DNA of 63,859 bases, the filler included, from Ministeria vibrans ATCC 50519 (Eukaryota; Protista; Filasterea): assembly GCA_943704425.1 (NCBI GenBank). It is 9 parts of 9 records of this genome, joined end to end, with 100 filler letters (N's around TTAATTAATTAA, not from the genome) between each part and the next. Parts side by side here need not be neighbours in the genome. Positions count along the whole stretch, not along the records: positions 6,923 to 36,907 come from CALSCP010002613.1; 8 more parts are not named here. The stretch is one strand, 5' to 3'. Shown here in pieces: positions 17,078 to 30,432 of this stretch. The notes under the pieces are model-generated. The model saw nothing but the letters and a program-made list of their open reading frames with translations. It did not search any database and was not told the DNA's origin. Position 1 is the first letter of the stretch. Every line of letters begins with the position of its first letter. The position numbers and the translations under genes are program-made.

Positions 17078-19644
17078 ATGTCGCAGCAGACGGTGCAATG
17101 GCACGCGGACATCAACGACGCCGAGTCGGTCGCGGCCAAGTCGGTGCGCCTTGGGCTGCAGCACAATGCCGTTTTGAAAAACCTTTTTCGAAATCTCGTT
17201 GCCGAAGCAGGCACTGCGCAGTTTGCAGCGGCCCTGGTGTGCGTCAAGAAGACCTTGGACGACATTGAGAACAGGGTGGGCCAGGCCAACGGGCCGGCGG
17301 CGCCTCCTGCGGCCCCTGCGGCTGCCATGGCCGCTGCCGGTGGATCCCCTCGCCCCTCCGCGCCCCTCGCAGCCGCCACGCCGACCGCCACGCTCTACAG
17401 ACAGCCGGCGAGCGAGACGTACGGCTCGCTGTCGTCGTCGCTCGCGTCGGCCGGTGTGTCGCGCGATCTCGACGCGTCCAATAGCGCTGATCATCATCGC
17501 ACGACCGACTCGATCGTCGATGAGTTCTGTGACGACGAGCCGCCGTGGGAGGAGAGCGAGCTGCCCGCAAACGCCCCGGAGCGTCGCCCAGACATCCAGA
17601 CGCTTGACTGGCTTGAGGCCGACACCTCCAATATGGTTCCTCTTCAAGGTACGCTCCTTTGTGTTTTGAATTAGTCAACTGTTTGTTTTTTTTTTTTGAA
17701 TATTTTTATTCTTCATTGTTGTGTATTATTCAAAATAATATTAATTAATTAATTATTATTATTAATGACAATATCTCGCTTGATTAGGTCTGGACAGCAG
17801 CAAGAAACCAAGGCGTCGCCGTACGCTTCAAAGAAAACCCTACCAACCACAGTCGAAGCCACCCTTCTCGTTTGCCTGTCTGGTCGCCGTATCGCTCGAA
17901 GCGACTGCATCGCGTCGACGATCGGTGCGCGAACTCTACGACTGGTGTCAGACCGTCTTTCCCTTTTTTGAGAGTTCCACCACCGGCTGGCAGGTAAGAA
18001 GAACACACGACCGAAAACAAAGTAAAGGGGCAAGGCTTACACACATAAACGCGAATGTAGAACTCGATCCGACACAACCTGACGCTGCGGCGGTGCTTTG
18101 TCAAAGTGCACCGACCCAAGTCGGAGAGTGGCAAGGGCAACCACTGGACCATTGTGCAGGAATTCCGGTCGATTGTCGGCGACGAACTGTCGCGCTTCCA
18201 CTCGCAGTTTGTGCCGCAGCTGAGCCCCGAGCAACAGGCAGCGGTGGCGGTTGTGCCGCCCAGTGCGTCTGCACTGGAGATGGCTCCGTACGCCTACGAG
18301 GCGGCTCAGGCCAAGCCGGCGGGTCGTCTGCGCCATCCGCGCAACGGTACCAAACGCCGTACCAACGGAGCACTCGCCTCAACTGCCATTGCAACGGCAA
18401 TGGGAATGGACAGTGAAAGTGGCCTGCCTCAGATGGGGCTCAGCGCGCGCATTCCACCCGTTATTGTCGGCTCAGAGGTCCCTTACGCAGTCTATGCGGC
18501 CCAGGCGCAACTAGCGCACTCCTCTTCCTCCTCCTATCCCACCGCAAGCTCCGTAACCTACCCCACCTACACCGCCACAGCGGCAACAAAGAAAAAGACG
18601 AAGGGACGGCGCAAGAAGACACACTCATTGCCCTACTGCGACGACACGCCCGACGACGAAGAAGAGGAGGAGGACGACGCTACCGTGTACCAGTACTACC
18701 GCAAGCACAAAGGGCGCTACGGCGACGAGATGGTCAACGACGATCTTGACATGGACACGGCTGCGCCTCTGACGGACAAGTCCGATCGCGACTATTGGTC
18801 CGCCGTCACCAAAAAGGCTCAGCAGAACAAGAGACGCAAGACTCAGCCACAGCAACAACAACAGAAAGGCTTTACTACAGATCCTTGTCCTGCGGTCACC
18901 GACCTTCCCACTATGACTCCCACTGGACCAGCAACCCTCTCCTTCACCTCTTATCAACAACAACAGTCTCAACAGCAGCCACAGCTGATTCCCTCCGATG
19001 CAGTTGAAGCAGCGACTACCATGACCCAGATGGCCCTCTCTCCCGCCTGTCCCTCTCCTGCCGGCGTCTTTGCATCCTTCTCCGCTGGTGGACTGCTCTC
19101 GCCCATCTCGCGCATTCACACTTACACACCCTCACACGTAAGACATACATACATACACATTCATACATGCATGCATGCATACATACGCTCTCTCTCTCTC
19201 TCTCTCTCCTGTTTCTTATCTCATGATATGTATTGATTTTCTTGTTTGGATGTGTGTGTGCAGATGTTGTTGACTGCAGGCGCCGCGCTAACTCCCATGC
19301 GTGACTCTGTGCTGCGACACACCTCTGTGTACAACCCACCCAGCGCGTCCCACCAGCAGGTTCTCTTCACATCACCTCCTCAACACCATCATCACAATCC
19401 ACAGCAATCACTGTCGCTCCTGCTTGACACCACGGCGTCCACCACACACGGCAGCGGCAGCTGCCTCAGCGACAGCACCCACAGCAGTGCCCGTCTCAAC
19501 GCCACCTCATCCACCACTGCAGGCAGTGCGTCCGTCTCCCGCTCTGCTCGTCGCCGCCAGCACACCACGGCTGTCACAAGCACCGCCACGCGTGCTGCCA
19601 CAGCTGGTGGTCCCTTGGAGCGCACCCCACNNNNNNNGACATGA
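17078..19644 (+). CDS. Forkhead transcription factor, FoxN2/3-like; 3' end approximate
   Basis: Spliced domain KPPFSFACLVAVSLEATASRRRSVRELYDWCQTVFPFFESSTTGWQ|NSIRHNLTLRRCFVKVHRPKSESGKGNHWTI, then low-complexity Q/S/T regions. Confidence 0.85.
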
Positions 19645-19939
19645 GTTTACGAGATTTGAACCATCTTAGTAAAACTGAAACTGTTAAGACAGACACTAAA
19701 CTAATCTAATATCACACTAAAATACGATTCATTCTCTTAGTTCGACTCATTTTCGACATATTTTCCCACCCGCTAGTCACTATCATTACAACATTCAACA
19801 TAGTCAGAGCCGAATCTGAATTCCATCACTTCACTGTCAATTTTGTGCGATCGAAAAAAAAACGATCAACTCAAAAATATAATCTCGAAATAAAATCGAA
19901 TTCAATCGACCTTTTTATTTCCTCTCTACAGCTGTCGCC

Positions 19940-21292
19940 ATGGTAAGCAACCCCGAGAGCGCCCCGTCGTCCCCCTCCGCCCTGCCCGCGCGCCGTGTGT
20001 GTCGACTGCACATCAGTCGGTTCTTTTGTCTCTCTCAAAGACACACACACACACCCGGACACCCTCTGCTGCTCCCACACACCCCTCCTGCTTGCGTCTA
20101 TCCCTCTCAGCCCGCCAATCCCCGTATCTCCCGCCGCGTTAAAAAAAAACCCAAAACGAAAGACCAAAAAAAAAAAAAAAAAAAAAAAAAAAAGAAAAAA
20201 AGGAAAAAAAAAACCTGTCTGGTCGTTTGATGAACGCGTGGGGAGTCATTGGGGCGTTGGGGGCGGCACGCGTGTGTGCGGGTGCCTCCCCTGCGTGCCT
20301 GGGGATGCGTCTGCATGGCCTGCAGGCCCCGTGGCATTCTCCACATTGCTCTGTGTGCGCAAGTGGGAACGAAAAAACCCATGGGCCTTCGCAATCGCAT
20401 AAAGCCCTTGGGACGCACCCTGCTTTCCACCCCCCAACCCACTCCAGCCTCCCCCCATACCCCCCCTGCTGTGCACGCCTCTCTTACGTCTCTCCTCCCA
20501 TTTTTTTCACTTGTCTTTTTTTCTCTTTTTTTTTGTCACTTTTCAATTCACATTCCTCTCCCGCCCGTATCACCCTATCGACCGCCACAACGTATTTGGA
20601 TTCATTCCCACGCGTCTCTCCCGGCGCCCTATCGCCCGTTTGCTCTCCCCATCGATCAAAACGTGAACCATCTACTTTTTTCTAACTTTTGTACTCCTCT
20701 CTTTCTCTCTCTCCTCTCCTCTCGCCCATGGTAGGGAATTGACATCAAGCGCAAGCACAAGAAGAAGGGAGCGCGCACGGCGCCCAAGAGCGAGGACGTG
20801 TACCTGCAGCTTCTGGTGAAGCTCTACACGTTCTTGTCGCGCCGCACAGAGTCGACGTTCAACAAGGTCGTGCTCAAGCGTCTGTATCAGAGCCGTAGCA
20901 ACCGCCCCCCCGTGTCTGTGTCCATGCTGAAGAAGCTGCTCAAGGGTGACGAGAAGCGTGTTGCCGTTGTGGTCGGCACCATCACCGACGACGAGCGTCT
21001 CCTCGAGGTTGGCAAGATGCGTGTGTGCGCTCTGCGTTTCACCCAGGGTGCCCGTGCCCGCATCACCAACGCCGGCGGCGAGTGCCTCACCTTCGACCAG
21101 CTGGCGCTCCTGTCGCCCACCGGCAAGAACACCGTTCTGCTCCGCGGCAAGCGCAACGCCCGCGAGGCCGTCAAGCATTTCGGTCCCGCCCCTGGTGTCC
21201 CTCACTCGACTGCCCGCCCTTACGTCCGCTCCAAGGGCCGCAAGTTCGAGCGTGCCCGTGGTCGCCGTGCCTCGCGTGGCTACAAGGCCTAA
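19940..21292 (+). CDS. RPL18: 60S ribosomal protein L18 (eL18); join(19940..19942,20735..21292)
   Basis: ATG|intron|[57 protein letters not shown]; pyrimidine-rich 5' leader. Confidence 0.97.
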
Positions 21293-21509
21293 GCACACCC
21301 ACCCACACACTCACGCACTCCTCCTACCCCCCCCTCTTTTGCAAGACGACGAATATGTGTATTTTCATGAAGCGGCGCTCTTGTTGTTAAAAAAAAGAAG
21401 GAAGAAAGAAAAAGTGGTTTTTTCATTCACACACACACACACACGCACACACACACAGGGAGACAGTCCAGAAGAAGGGAACAATCAACAAAGCGATAGA
21501 AGAGGATGA

Positions 21510-22189
21510 TCAGGTTGTGGACTGAGCGGGAGGGAGGAAGGATTCGGTGCGGACGACCGAGGGCTGACGACAGAGAGGACAGAGAATGGAGGCAAACTCG
21601 TAGCGGAGGGTGCTCTCACGTCGGGCTTCTAGGAAGCCCGCGAGAGAGACCACGTGTGCACAGGGGAAAACCATGACATGGTCGGGAATGCCGGGGGTCA
21701 GAGGTGAACTGGCGGTTGCAGTAAGACTTGTGCTCTTGTGGGCAGTGGTGTGGTGGTCGTGCGTGTCGCGTTCGCTTGGGCTCTTGGCCGCGCTTGTACT
21801 CATGGTCGTGCTCGGTTTGGGAGGTTGCTTGCGTGGCTGGGACGCCGGACTGGACCAATTTGTGGTTGTTGTTGAAGGACCGAGGCCGGGAGGGGGGTCG
21901 CAGCTGGACGAGAGGGACACAGGCACAGAGGTTAATTCTTGACCGAGCGTGGCGACTGCAAGTGGACCAGAGGGCGCCAGGGCACGCGTGCCCTTGATGA
22001 CGCGACTAAAGGTACCACTGGAGAAGGAGGAGGAAGTGGTGGTGATGAAAGGGGCGCGTGTGGGCGATGATGAGGGAACGGCCTGGGGGTGAGCAGTCTT
22101 GTGGGGGAGAGTGTGCGCGATGGCTTCGCTCAAACGAGTAGGGCGATTGTACGGGGTTGAACGATCGGTAGGAACTTGCTGGTCGGACT

Positions 22190-22221
<32 letters not shown>

Positions 22222-23249
22222 TGCATTAGATGGGCCCATGGCGTGTACTCAGGGGCATCGGGGAGGACGTGAAGTAGACCCTCTGTGAGAGAGACAATGT
22301 TGCTGCTGTGGGTCGCCATGGCATTGGTACTGCTGCCGTGGGAAGTGATATGTTGCCCGTTGGGAACCCACGAATCGTCGTTGTTGCTGTCTTCCACGTC
22401 AACAATATCGCCGTAGCCAAAAGAGTCTGCCCCGTTCGTTTCCGCACCTTCCTCATCAAAGAAAGAGCTCTTCATGCAGTCGACCTTGGTGTTGAGGCGC
22501 CAAGGACTCAGAACGTCGTTGACAAGCTGGTCGTCATGCAAGGGCAGGGCCACCGACGCCGGCAGTTGATGATCGTCGTCGGTGTTCCACCACGAGCGCC
22601 CGGCGGTGCCTGTCAGCCACGAGAGACTCTCTGCGCTTGTGCAGGTCGCCTTGTCTTCGAATCCGTCGCTGTTGTTGTTGTAAGTGCTGTCACCAGCCTG
22701 GTGTACAGCATCTTTTGTCGCCGGAGTCACCGACGTTGGTTTGGCAGACGACATGGCGAGTCGATCGGAATCGCGCAAGAAGAGCTCGAGCGCTCTTTGC
22801 GACGTGGCGTACTCGGCGGACGTTGGGCTGACGGACGTTGACGTTTCCTTAGACAGCTTGTCGTGATCAGCTGCTGTCGTCGTCGTGTCCATCATGGCGA
22901 AACTCGGCGAACCGTTGCTGGGGCTACGATTCGCCGGTGAGCTGTCCATGGGCGACGACGCTCGATCGTGCCCATCCTCTAACGTTGCGGCTGCTGGCGT
23001 CTCCAGGATGGGCGAGGCAGCAGTACCACACGTTGCAGTGGTGGACTTGGAAGGTGGTGGGGAGGCAGCGGTCGCGGTGGTCGATGCATAGCCAGCGGCC
23101 GTGGGCGGCAGGTGGAGGTGCTTTGACGCCATGGACGCGGCAACCGAGTCGATTGTGGAGCGTCGCTCACAGCGTCGCTTCGGCCGCATTCCCGTCGGGG
23201 TGTGCTCATGAGGCCAGCCGGCCAGTAGCGACAGCTCGTGATGAGGCAA
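21510..23249 (-). CDS. Large S/T/Q-rich exon with a C-terminal degenerate RING-like motif; true start uncertain (possible upstream exons to ~23860)
   Basis: 579-codon open frame ending in VFPCAHVV...ILCPLCRQP. Confidence 0.55.
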
Positions 23250-24577
23250 GTCTGTGCGCCGTGCTTCACTTTCGCATTTCTCGTAGACGCAACTGGGAAC
23301 GTTGCGACGCGCACCCGCTGCCCAAGATCAAACAAGAAATAAAATTACTTGTTGATAATATTTTGATTGATTATAAAATAAACAACGCCAAAAACATAAA
23401 TGGCTAATGAAATGGCCATGCCGGAAGGCCGAACGACGTCAAATGTGTGGTCTATTGGTATGCGGCAGGAGGGTAGGCATGCTTGCAGGGATATCGATGG
23501 AAATATGATCATAAGACCGTTTTTGCGATTACGCGCTGCAATGTGATGGGTCTCGTTGCCACTCTTTCGGGTTCGCCCATGTAGGCGCGACAAGAGACCA
23601 ATCTGCGCGCACCCACAGGTATGAAACAAAGTGATCTCTGCCATGGTCTTGGCGGATTTCTGACTTTCTCTTTAACTTTTGGCGTGCGGCGCTGACACAC
23701 TTTCCACCCACCATTTTTTTTTTCTCCGTGTCGCAATTGTTCTCTGACCTTTGACGCCGAAAACCTGTTGACGATGGATCTTGAAGAAGGCGCCAATGTG
23801 TGTGGTGGAGCAGAAGGAGAACCTGTGCCCGCTGGCGCACACCATGGTGCACGATGCAAGGAGGGGGGCCTTGACGCGACTGTTATTGTTGTTGTTGTTT
23901 GATCGTGAGTGACTGACTGAATCTGAAGGATGTGTTAATGGGGTCTTACCAGAGAGGAAGGGCGCACTTGGGATGGCAATTGGGGAGGGCTTCGGGGTCG
24001 AGTACGTAAGTGTCCATCGTGGGAGGGGGGTGGGGAGGAGAGAAGCAGAATATTTTGAATTGTAAATAATCAATGTATTGAACTATTGAACTATTCATTA
24101 ATTGAATATAATTTTAATTGATATTCGTGAATGGTTCTTCTTCTATTGATTAATTCAGCACAACACAGCTCGAGAATCGTGGCGAATCAAACTGCGTTAG
24201 TTTGATTCTTTTTAAAGGTCATAATTATTATGTTGATGGACTGATATTGCGCGAATAAGCTTCGAAAGAGTTTATTGTTCGCTTAGCGATTAGGTAGTGT
24301 GGAATTATACTAAAATGATTATTATTATTATTACTATTACTATAATAATTATATTAAATTTATAAGATTTGGCCTACGCCAATAAAAAAGCAGAGTGTAA
24401 ATGCTTCACAATAAAACTCCTGGCGATAGGTAAGAAGGTCCTGAGAAGTAGGGTCTGACAGCAGGGATGTCATTACGAATATAAAAGAGAAAGAGTAATG
24501 TAATACAAGGTTAAAAAGAAGAAAAGAGAGAGAGGGAGAGAGAGAGAGAGAGGAGATCGCACACGGAGAATGTCGCG

Positions 24578-26016
24578 TTAGAGCTTGTGGGCGGCAGCCA
24601 AAGCAATGATCAGAATGATGATGCCGACGACAAGGCCCACCAGCAGCATCATCTTCATGTTCTTCCACCACATGCGCTTCTTGAGGGCCGTTGAGCGTGT
24701 CTTGAAGGTCGATGCGGTGCTCTGCAGATGGTCTGTTCTCTCGACCAGCAGCTCAATGCGCTCTCCTCTGTCCAGCACCTTTTCGATGTTTTGCACCATG
24801 ACATCCTTGACCTGCGTGATCTCGTTACGTGTCGCTGTGATGCGGTCCGCGTTGGGGTTGTTCGAGAAGTAGTCCATTTGCTTTTTGAGGACCGGCCCAA
24901 ACTCACGGTTGAGTCCGTACGCGGGTACAGTGCTCGCTCGGTCGCGGAACGATCCCATAAAGCGGTCCTTGATGTCCATCAGAAAGGCAAACGGGATGCG
25001 GCGCCCAAACGACTCGTCAGCCATGCACAGGTAGATGTAGCCGCCGTCGGATGCGTAGTGAAAGAGATGTCTGTGACGAAGAGGAGGAAGGTTAAGAACA
25101 AATGCGAGTGCCACCAAAGATGTGAGAAAGATGTCAGGTGTGAGTAACACCAAAGATACAAATGTAAGAGGCAACCAGTAACACCAAAGACGTAAGATGT
25201 GAAGTGTAAGTGACAACCAAAGTTGTAAAGATGTGAGTCAAGGAACGTGAAGAAAACATAAGAGAAACACAGCATAATGTGCAAGTGCGACAATAAGAAA
25301 TCGCTTCAATGTGGAGAATTGGGCAATGGACCGAGAAAAAGACATTTGGGTTAACAAGAGCAGTTGGAAAAGTCCCATTTGACACAACTGCCAAAACGAC
25401 ACGTTTGCGGATATGGGACGAGGAGCAGGTGGCGCGAGAGGGTCCACGCAGTCTGCTTTCAGACGGCTACCATGCATGCGGTGGAGAGAGACGCACAACG
25501 AGGGAAAGAGAGAGAGGAGAGTGCACATAGATTGGAAAAAAAAAAGGGAAAAAAAGAAGTCGACGACATTTCTAGAGGAATGTGACACTCGTAGCAGTGT
25601 TCGGAGAGGCAAACAGTCGCTAGGGTGCGTTGGAACAGTGCGTTCCGGGACGGGAATTGGACGAGAGAGAGCAAAACGCGAAATTGTTAAACAGTCGGTC
25701 GTAAAAAAAAAAANNNNNNNNNNCATCCCATCTCCCCTTTCTGCGCCTCCTCCTTACCGCTAAGTCTTCGAAAAAAAACGCAATGGGAAAGAAGTGAGAA
25801 AGATGTAGCGCGTACTGGTCGTAGACATAGGTCATCTTTGAGCTGCCGCCGGACGCGGGAATCTTCTCCAAAATGCACTAGAAAGGTCCTCGTGATGAGT
25901 AGAGCGACTGTGCGCCTCTTTCCCACCTGCGTGATCGTTTGGAAGTTTCCGCTTTGGTCTGTGTGTTCGGCCATGACCGTGGAGCCGCGCGCGACAAGGG
26001 AGTAGATGATCGACAT
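24578..26016 (-). CDS. VAMP7: Longin R-SNARE VAMP7
   Basis: MSIIYSLVARGSTVMAEH..; YLCMADESFGRRIPFAFLMDIK; VKDVMVQNIEKVLDRGERIELLV; MWWKNMK followed by a TM helix. Confidence 0.95.
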
Positions 26017-26268
26017 TTCGGAGTTTTGTGGTTTTCGAAAATAAGACTAAACTTGAACGATTTAAGAGTATCTCATGGATGAGTTGGAATGATCAACCTC
26101 TTCCCGCTCAAACTGCCAAAAGCGATATTGGCGCACATGTTACATGTTCCATGACGCATGACTGATGACTGATGATTTATGACTCAATAATCACGCGACA
26201 TGCAGTGATCGTGTGATCAAATATGACTCATGAGTCAGTGTCACTCTTCTTTCACATCTTACTTCTCA
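26017..26268. promoter_or_regulatory. Bidirectional promoter region of VAMP7/LAMTOR4 with TGACTCA motifs
   Basis: 252-bp head-to-head spacer; perfect palindrome TGACTCATGAGTCA at 26224-26237 and another TGACTCA at ~26180. Confidence 0.4.
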
Positions 26269-27007
26269 ATGGTGCGTACAACACTCGCGTGTCTGCTGTT
26301 GACTGTTTCGTATGTGTAGTCGGTAGATCTTGGCCTGGTGGACGGACAGACGGGTGCGCTGGTGATCAGACAAGACGGGACTCTTGTGTCGGTACGAAGG
26401 GCACTCACTCTCTTTCCTTTGCTCACTCTCTCTCTCTCTCTCTTTGGTCGTCAGACGTCTGGTGACTTTGAGGAGAACGAAGGTGCAGTAGCAGCTCTCT
26501 TGTCGATGGCAAGAGATGCAGCCCACGTTGCGTCGACGGGCACGACAGCGCTCAAGAGACTGTCCGGTACACTTTTACCACTTTGATCTTTCTCTCTCTA
26601 TCTATCACTTTGTCTCTCTATCACTTTGTCTCTCTATCACTTTCTATCACTTTGTCTCTCTATCACTTTGTCTCTCTATCACTTTGTCTCTCTGTTTCTC
26701 TCTCTCTCTGTCTCTCTCTCTCTCTCTCTCTGTCTCTCTGTCTCTCTCTGTGTCTCTCTCTGTGTGTGTCTCTCTCTGAGTCTCTCTCTCTGTGTGTCTC
26801 TCTCTGTGTCTCTGTCTCTCTCTCTCTCTGTCTGTTTGTCTTTGTCTCTGTCTCTATCACTTTGTGTCTTCCTTGTATTGTTTTCAACTGTGTCTCTCTT
26901 TCTTATATCTTTCTCTCTTTCTCTACCACTGCGTTTCTCTTCCTTGATCTTTCTCTCTATGTATCACTTTACCCTTCTCTCTATTGTATGTTTCTCTCTC
27001 TGCATCC

Positions 27008-27099
<92 letters not shown>

Positions 27100-27263
27100 C
27101 TCGTCCTCCCTTTTTTCTCCCTTCTTTCTCTCGACCGATTCTTATTCAAAGCGATTCTTTCTGTGCAGTAATATTCAGCGAATACGAATACATTGCGACC
27201 ATTTCCGAAGGAACAATTTACGCCATCAAAAGACCAGTCGTCTCAACCGACAAATCAGAATGA
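26269..27263 (+). CDS. LAMTOR4: Ragulator subunit LAMTOR4
   Basis: M|SVDLGLVDGQTGALVIRQDGTLVS|TSGDFEENE..LKRLS|VIFSEYEYIATISEGTIYAIKR; matches the LAMTOR4 pattern SSGDLENDE..KRLSVVF. Confidence 0.85.
26590..27100. repeat. (CT)n / CTCTATCACTTTG compound microsatellite in a LAMTOR4 intron
   Basis: Repeated 'ctctatcactttgtct' followed by (TC)n tracts. Confidence 0.9.
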
Positions 27264-27352
27264 AAACATCTCAAAAATCATGATAACAAAATTAAATTTA
27301 GTCATAAAAAAGACGTTTAAAAATGATAATAATTATTATTAGTGTTTACTAC

Positions 27353-28249
27353 TCAGTTGGTTTGGGTGGTGCTGGACTCTTCTCTCTCTCTCGGCTTCTC
27401 AAGAGCCGCTTGAAGGGCCTCAGCCAAATCAGCCAGTGGAACAAAATCCTATCCATTTCGATGAGCGGATTTTCTTCTTGTGATTCGTTCTATGTCTTAC
27501 CTTCTCATCGAGTAAATCAAACTCTTTGGCAAAGAAGTAGAAATGAATAAAGAGAGTGTTGAGTTCGGAAGAGGTTGAAAGTCGGTCGTATTGCTAAGTG
27601 TAATAATGCGGATAAAAATAATGAGAATTTTTAGTTTCTCTCAACAGTGAAACTTACATCATAATGAGAATGGTACAAATGAGCTAAAATGTGAAAGAGC
27701 ATTTTGAAAATGCGTCGCACATGTTCAAGAAAATCTCTTGGAAAGGGAACACCTGAAAAAATAAAACGAAAAAAAAAGGATTGACTTTCTCTCTATCACT
27801 TTGTATCTTTCTCTCGCTTACTGAAAGAAGTGGGGAAAATCATATCATCATCGAGAATTCCCTCAATGTGAGTCATTGCGTAGTCAATGTAGGCACTTGC
27901 GGAACTCTTTATTTTCTTCCCTCTGTCGTCTGTGTAAAGGTATTCCGCTCTGCAGAGAAGAAAAAAATCAGAGAACGGAGAACGTTCAACGAAAAAGAAA
28001 CGAATTTATGAAAAACAAAAAAGTACCCTTTCGCGACCATTGTTGGACATGTTTGAGGTGTGCAGTACTCTGTAACAATTCCATAGTACAAATTGATATG
28101 GTGGAAAAAGCTCAGAGCTACAAAGAGAAGTGAGTAAGAGAGAGACACACAATGACACACATCCTTACTTGTGTTTGCAACCCACTCGTTGACTTGCTCG
28201 TCCTGAGGCAGTTTGACGGCGCCCTTCAAGTCGCCTGTGGTGGATGGAG

Positions 28250-28319
<70 letters not shown>

Positions 28320-28719
28320 GAGAGAGAGAGAGACAAATAGAGAGAGAGAGAAACAAAGCGATAGAGAGAGAGAGAGAGAAAAGTTTAGGTTTGTTGTCGC
28401 ATTGAGGCAGACGGAAGCGACAGCGGGAGGGGGTCTGTGGGGCGCTGTGTGCGGCTGCAGTGCACCTGTGAGCGGAGCAGTGGGGTTCTTTCACTCTTTA
28501 TCGGATTTTGGTTAAATTGGACCGTTTTGGAGAGCTAGACGCACACGCAAATGCAGCACACGGCCTTACCGGTGACGATGACTCTGGGGTCCAAGCAGTA
28601 GGCAGGCTTCTCGCCTTCAGCATCGATTTTTTTCGGTTGTTTTTTACTACAAAGACAGATGACAAGTCAGAAAGGGAGATGTGTGAGGCGCCGCGGTGGC
28701 GTGGTTACCCTCTAAACAT
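27353..28719 (-). CDS. MOB2: MOB kinase activator, MOB2-like
   Basis: AVKLPQDEQVNEWVAN..FFHHINLYYGIVTEYCTPQTCPTM; VPFPRDFLEHVRRIFKMLFHILAHLYHSH; ELNTLFIHFYFFAKEFDLLD. Confidence 0.88.
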
Positions 28720-28850
28720 CGTGTGGGATATAAATACGTGTGAGCTGTAAAGTGTCAAGACAGTAAAGTGATCTGGGACTGAGTGAAGTGTGAACTAGAA
28801 AGTGAACTATTTTAAACTAAGATCATCAGATCATGTCAGTTCTATTCACA

Positions 28851-30010
28851 ATGGTCTCCGCACTCTCCGTGGTCGGCATTGGTCTTCTCACCCTGATTGT
28901 GGTGGGCGTGATTCTCTTCATGACCAACCCGATTGCGCTGCTGTCGCTTGTGAGCCGTGTGCGTCGCTGGCTTGGCGGTTTGTCCAAGCGCCGTGTGCGA
29001 CTGCGCGACGGCTTCCGCTTCGCCTACCTCGACGGCGAGGCGCTTCCCGGGTGTGCCGACCACGCCCCGGCCATTGTCTGTCTTCATGGCTTCTCCTCGG
29101 AGATGCACAGCTTCCTAGATGTGGCTGTGCCTCTGCGAAAGGTAAACCAAACCAAAGCGATCTTCCCCAAACAAACAAACACACATTAATTGTGTCTCCG
29201 CTTTTGCTTAGTACGGTCGAGTGATCGTCCCGGAGATGCCGGGGCACGGCGAGAGTGGCGGCACGCTTGACGACGACTACCGGCCGGCAGCACAAGCGGC
29301 GCGGGTGTGCGAGCTCGTTGACCGAGTGATTGGCGAGACAGCGCGTGTGCATGTGGTGGGTCTCTCGATGGGGGGACATGTCGCCGGCACCTTTGCCGCC
29401 CTCTACCCCGACCGATGCGTGTCTGTGACCCTGTGCTGTCCGGCGGGCGTGCGTACACCGATTCCCAGCGAATACGTGACGGACATTGTGGAGAAACATG
29501 CTCAGGTCAACGACGACAAAGCACACGCCATTGACAATCTGCTCATGCCCTCGACGGTCGCTGGCTTCCGTACACTGCTCGAATGGAACTTTGTTACGCC
29601 GCCCGATCTTCCAGATCACATCTGCGAGGCTCTTCTGGCTCAGCGCGAAGCCAATCGCGCGCGACTCGAGCGCGTTTTCACTCATATTGCGCATCCGACG
29701 TTGGGTAAACACTCTTCCATTAATTCTCCTTCTTCCTCTAAAAATTCTCCAATCTGAAGGTGCCGCGTACTTTCTCGACGACCACCTGGACCAAATTCGC
29801 TCGCCCCTTCTCGTTCTGTGGGGCAAGCAAGACCGCATCTTACACCCATCGGGTGCTCAGTCGCTCGCCAGTCGTTGCACCTCTGCCGCTGTACCTCCGC
29901 GTGTCATTCTCCTCGACAACGCGGCCCATTCTATCAACCTGGAACATCCCGAGCTTCTTGCAAGCCACATCGCCGCTCACGTCCGCACTGCAAACAAAAA
30001 TCATTCGTAG
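28851..30010 (+). CDS. Alpha/beta hydrolase, ABHD6-like monoacylglycerol lipase
   Basis: N-terminal TM helix; CLHGFSS; PEMPGHGES; GLSMGG nucleophile elbow; LWGKQDRIL; AHSINLEHP. Confidence 0.85.
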
Positions 30011-30279
30011 AGGGAACTGAGTACACTGCAGTGCGGTTCATCTCTGTCTGTGCCCATCTCGTATCATATACAACACGCGATAAGTAATTAATAAAGTCTC
30101 GCATTCTTCGTCGGACGCAAACGTCACCCAGGTCGACGCATACTGATAAAGCGATAATGACCAAACCCAATCAATAATCAATAATCAAACATTATTCAAT
30201 ATTCACTTAATATTTGATAATAATAATATTAGTTACGACTTACGATCATTTTAATTCATTCGCTCGTCACACACTCACC

Positions 30280-30397
30280 ATGGGCGGTCTTGTTTGGGGA
30301 AAAATGGCGCACATTCGCCGCCAAATACAGTTTTCAATGTCACCACACGAAATGAAGCCTATGGCTGGCTGGGTTTCAATGGTAGTGATCACACTCA

Positions 30398-30432
<35 letters not shown>

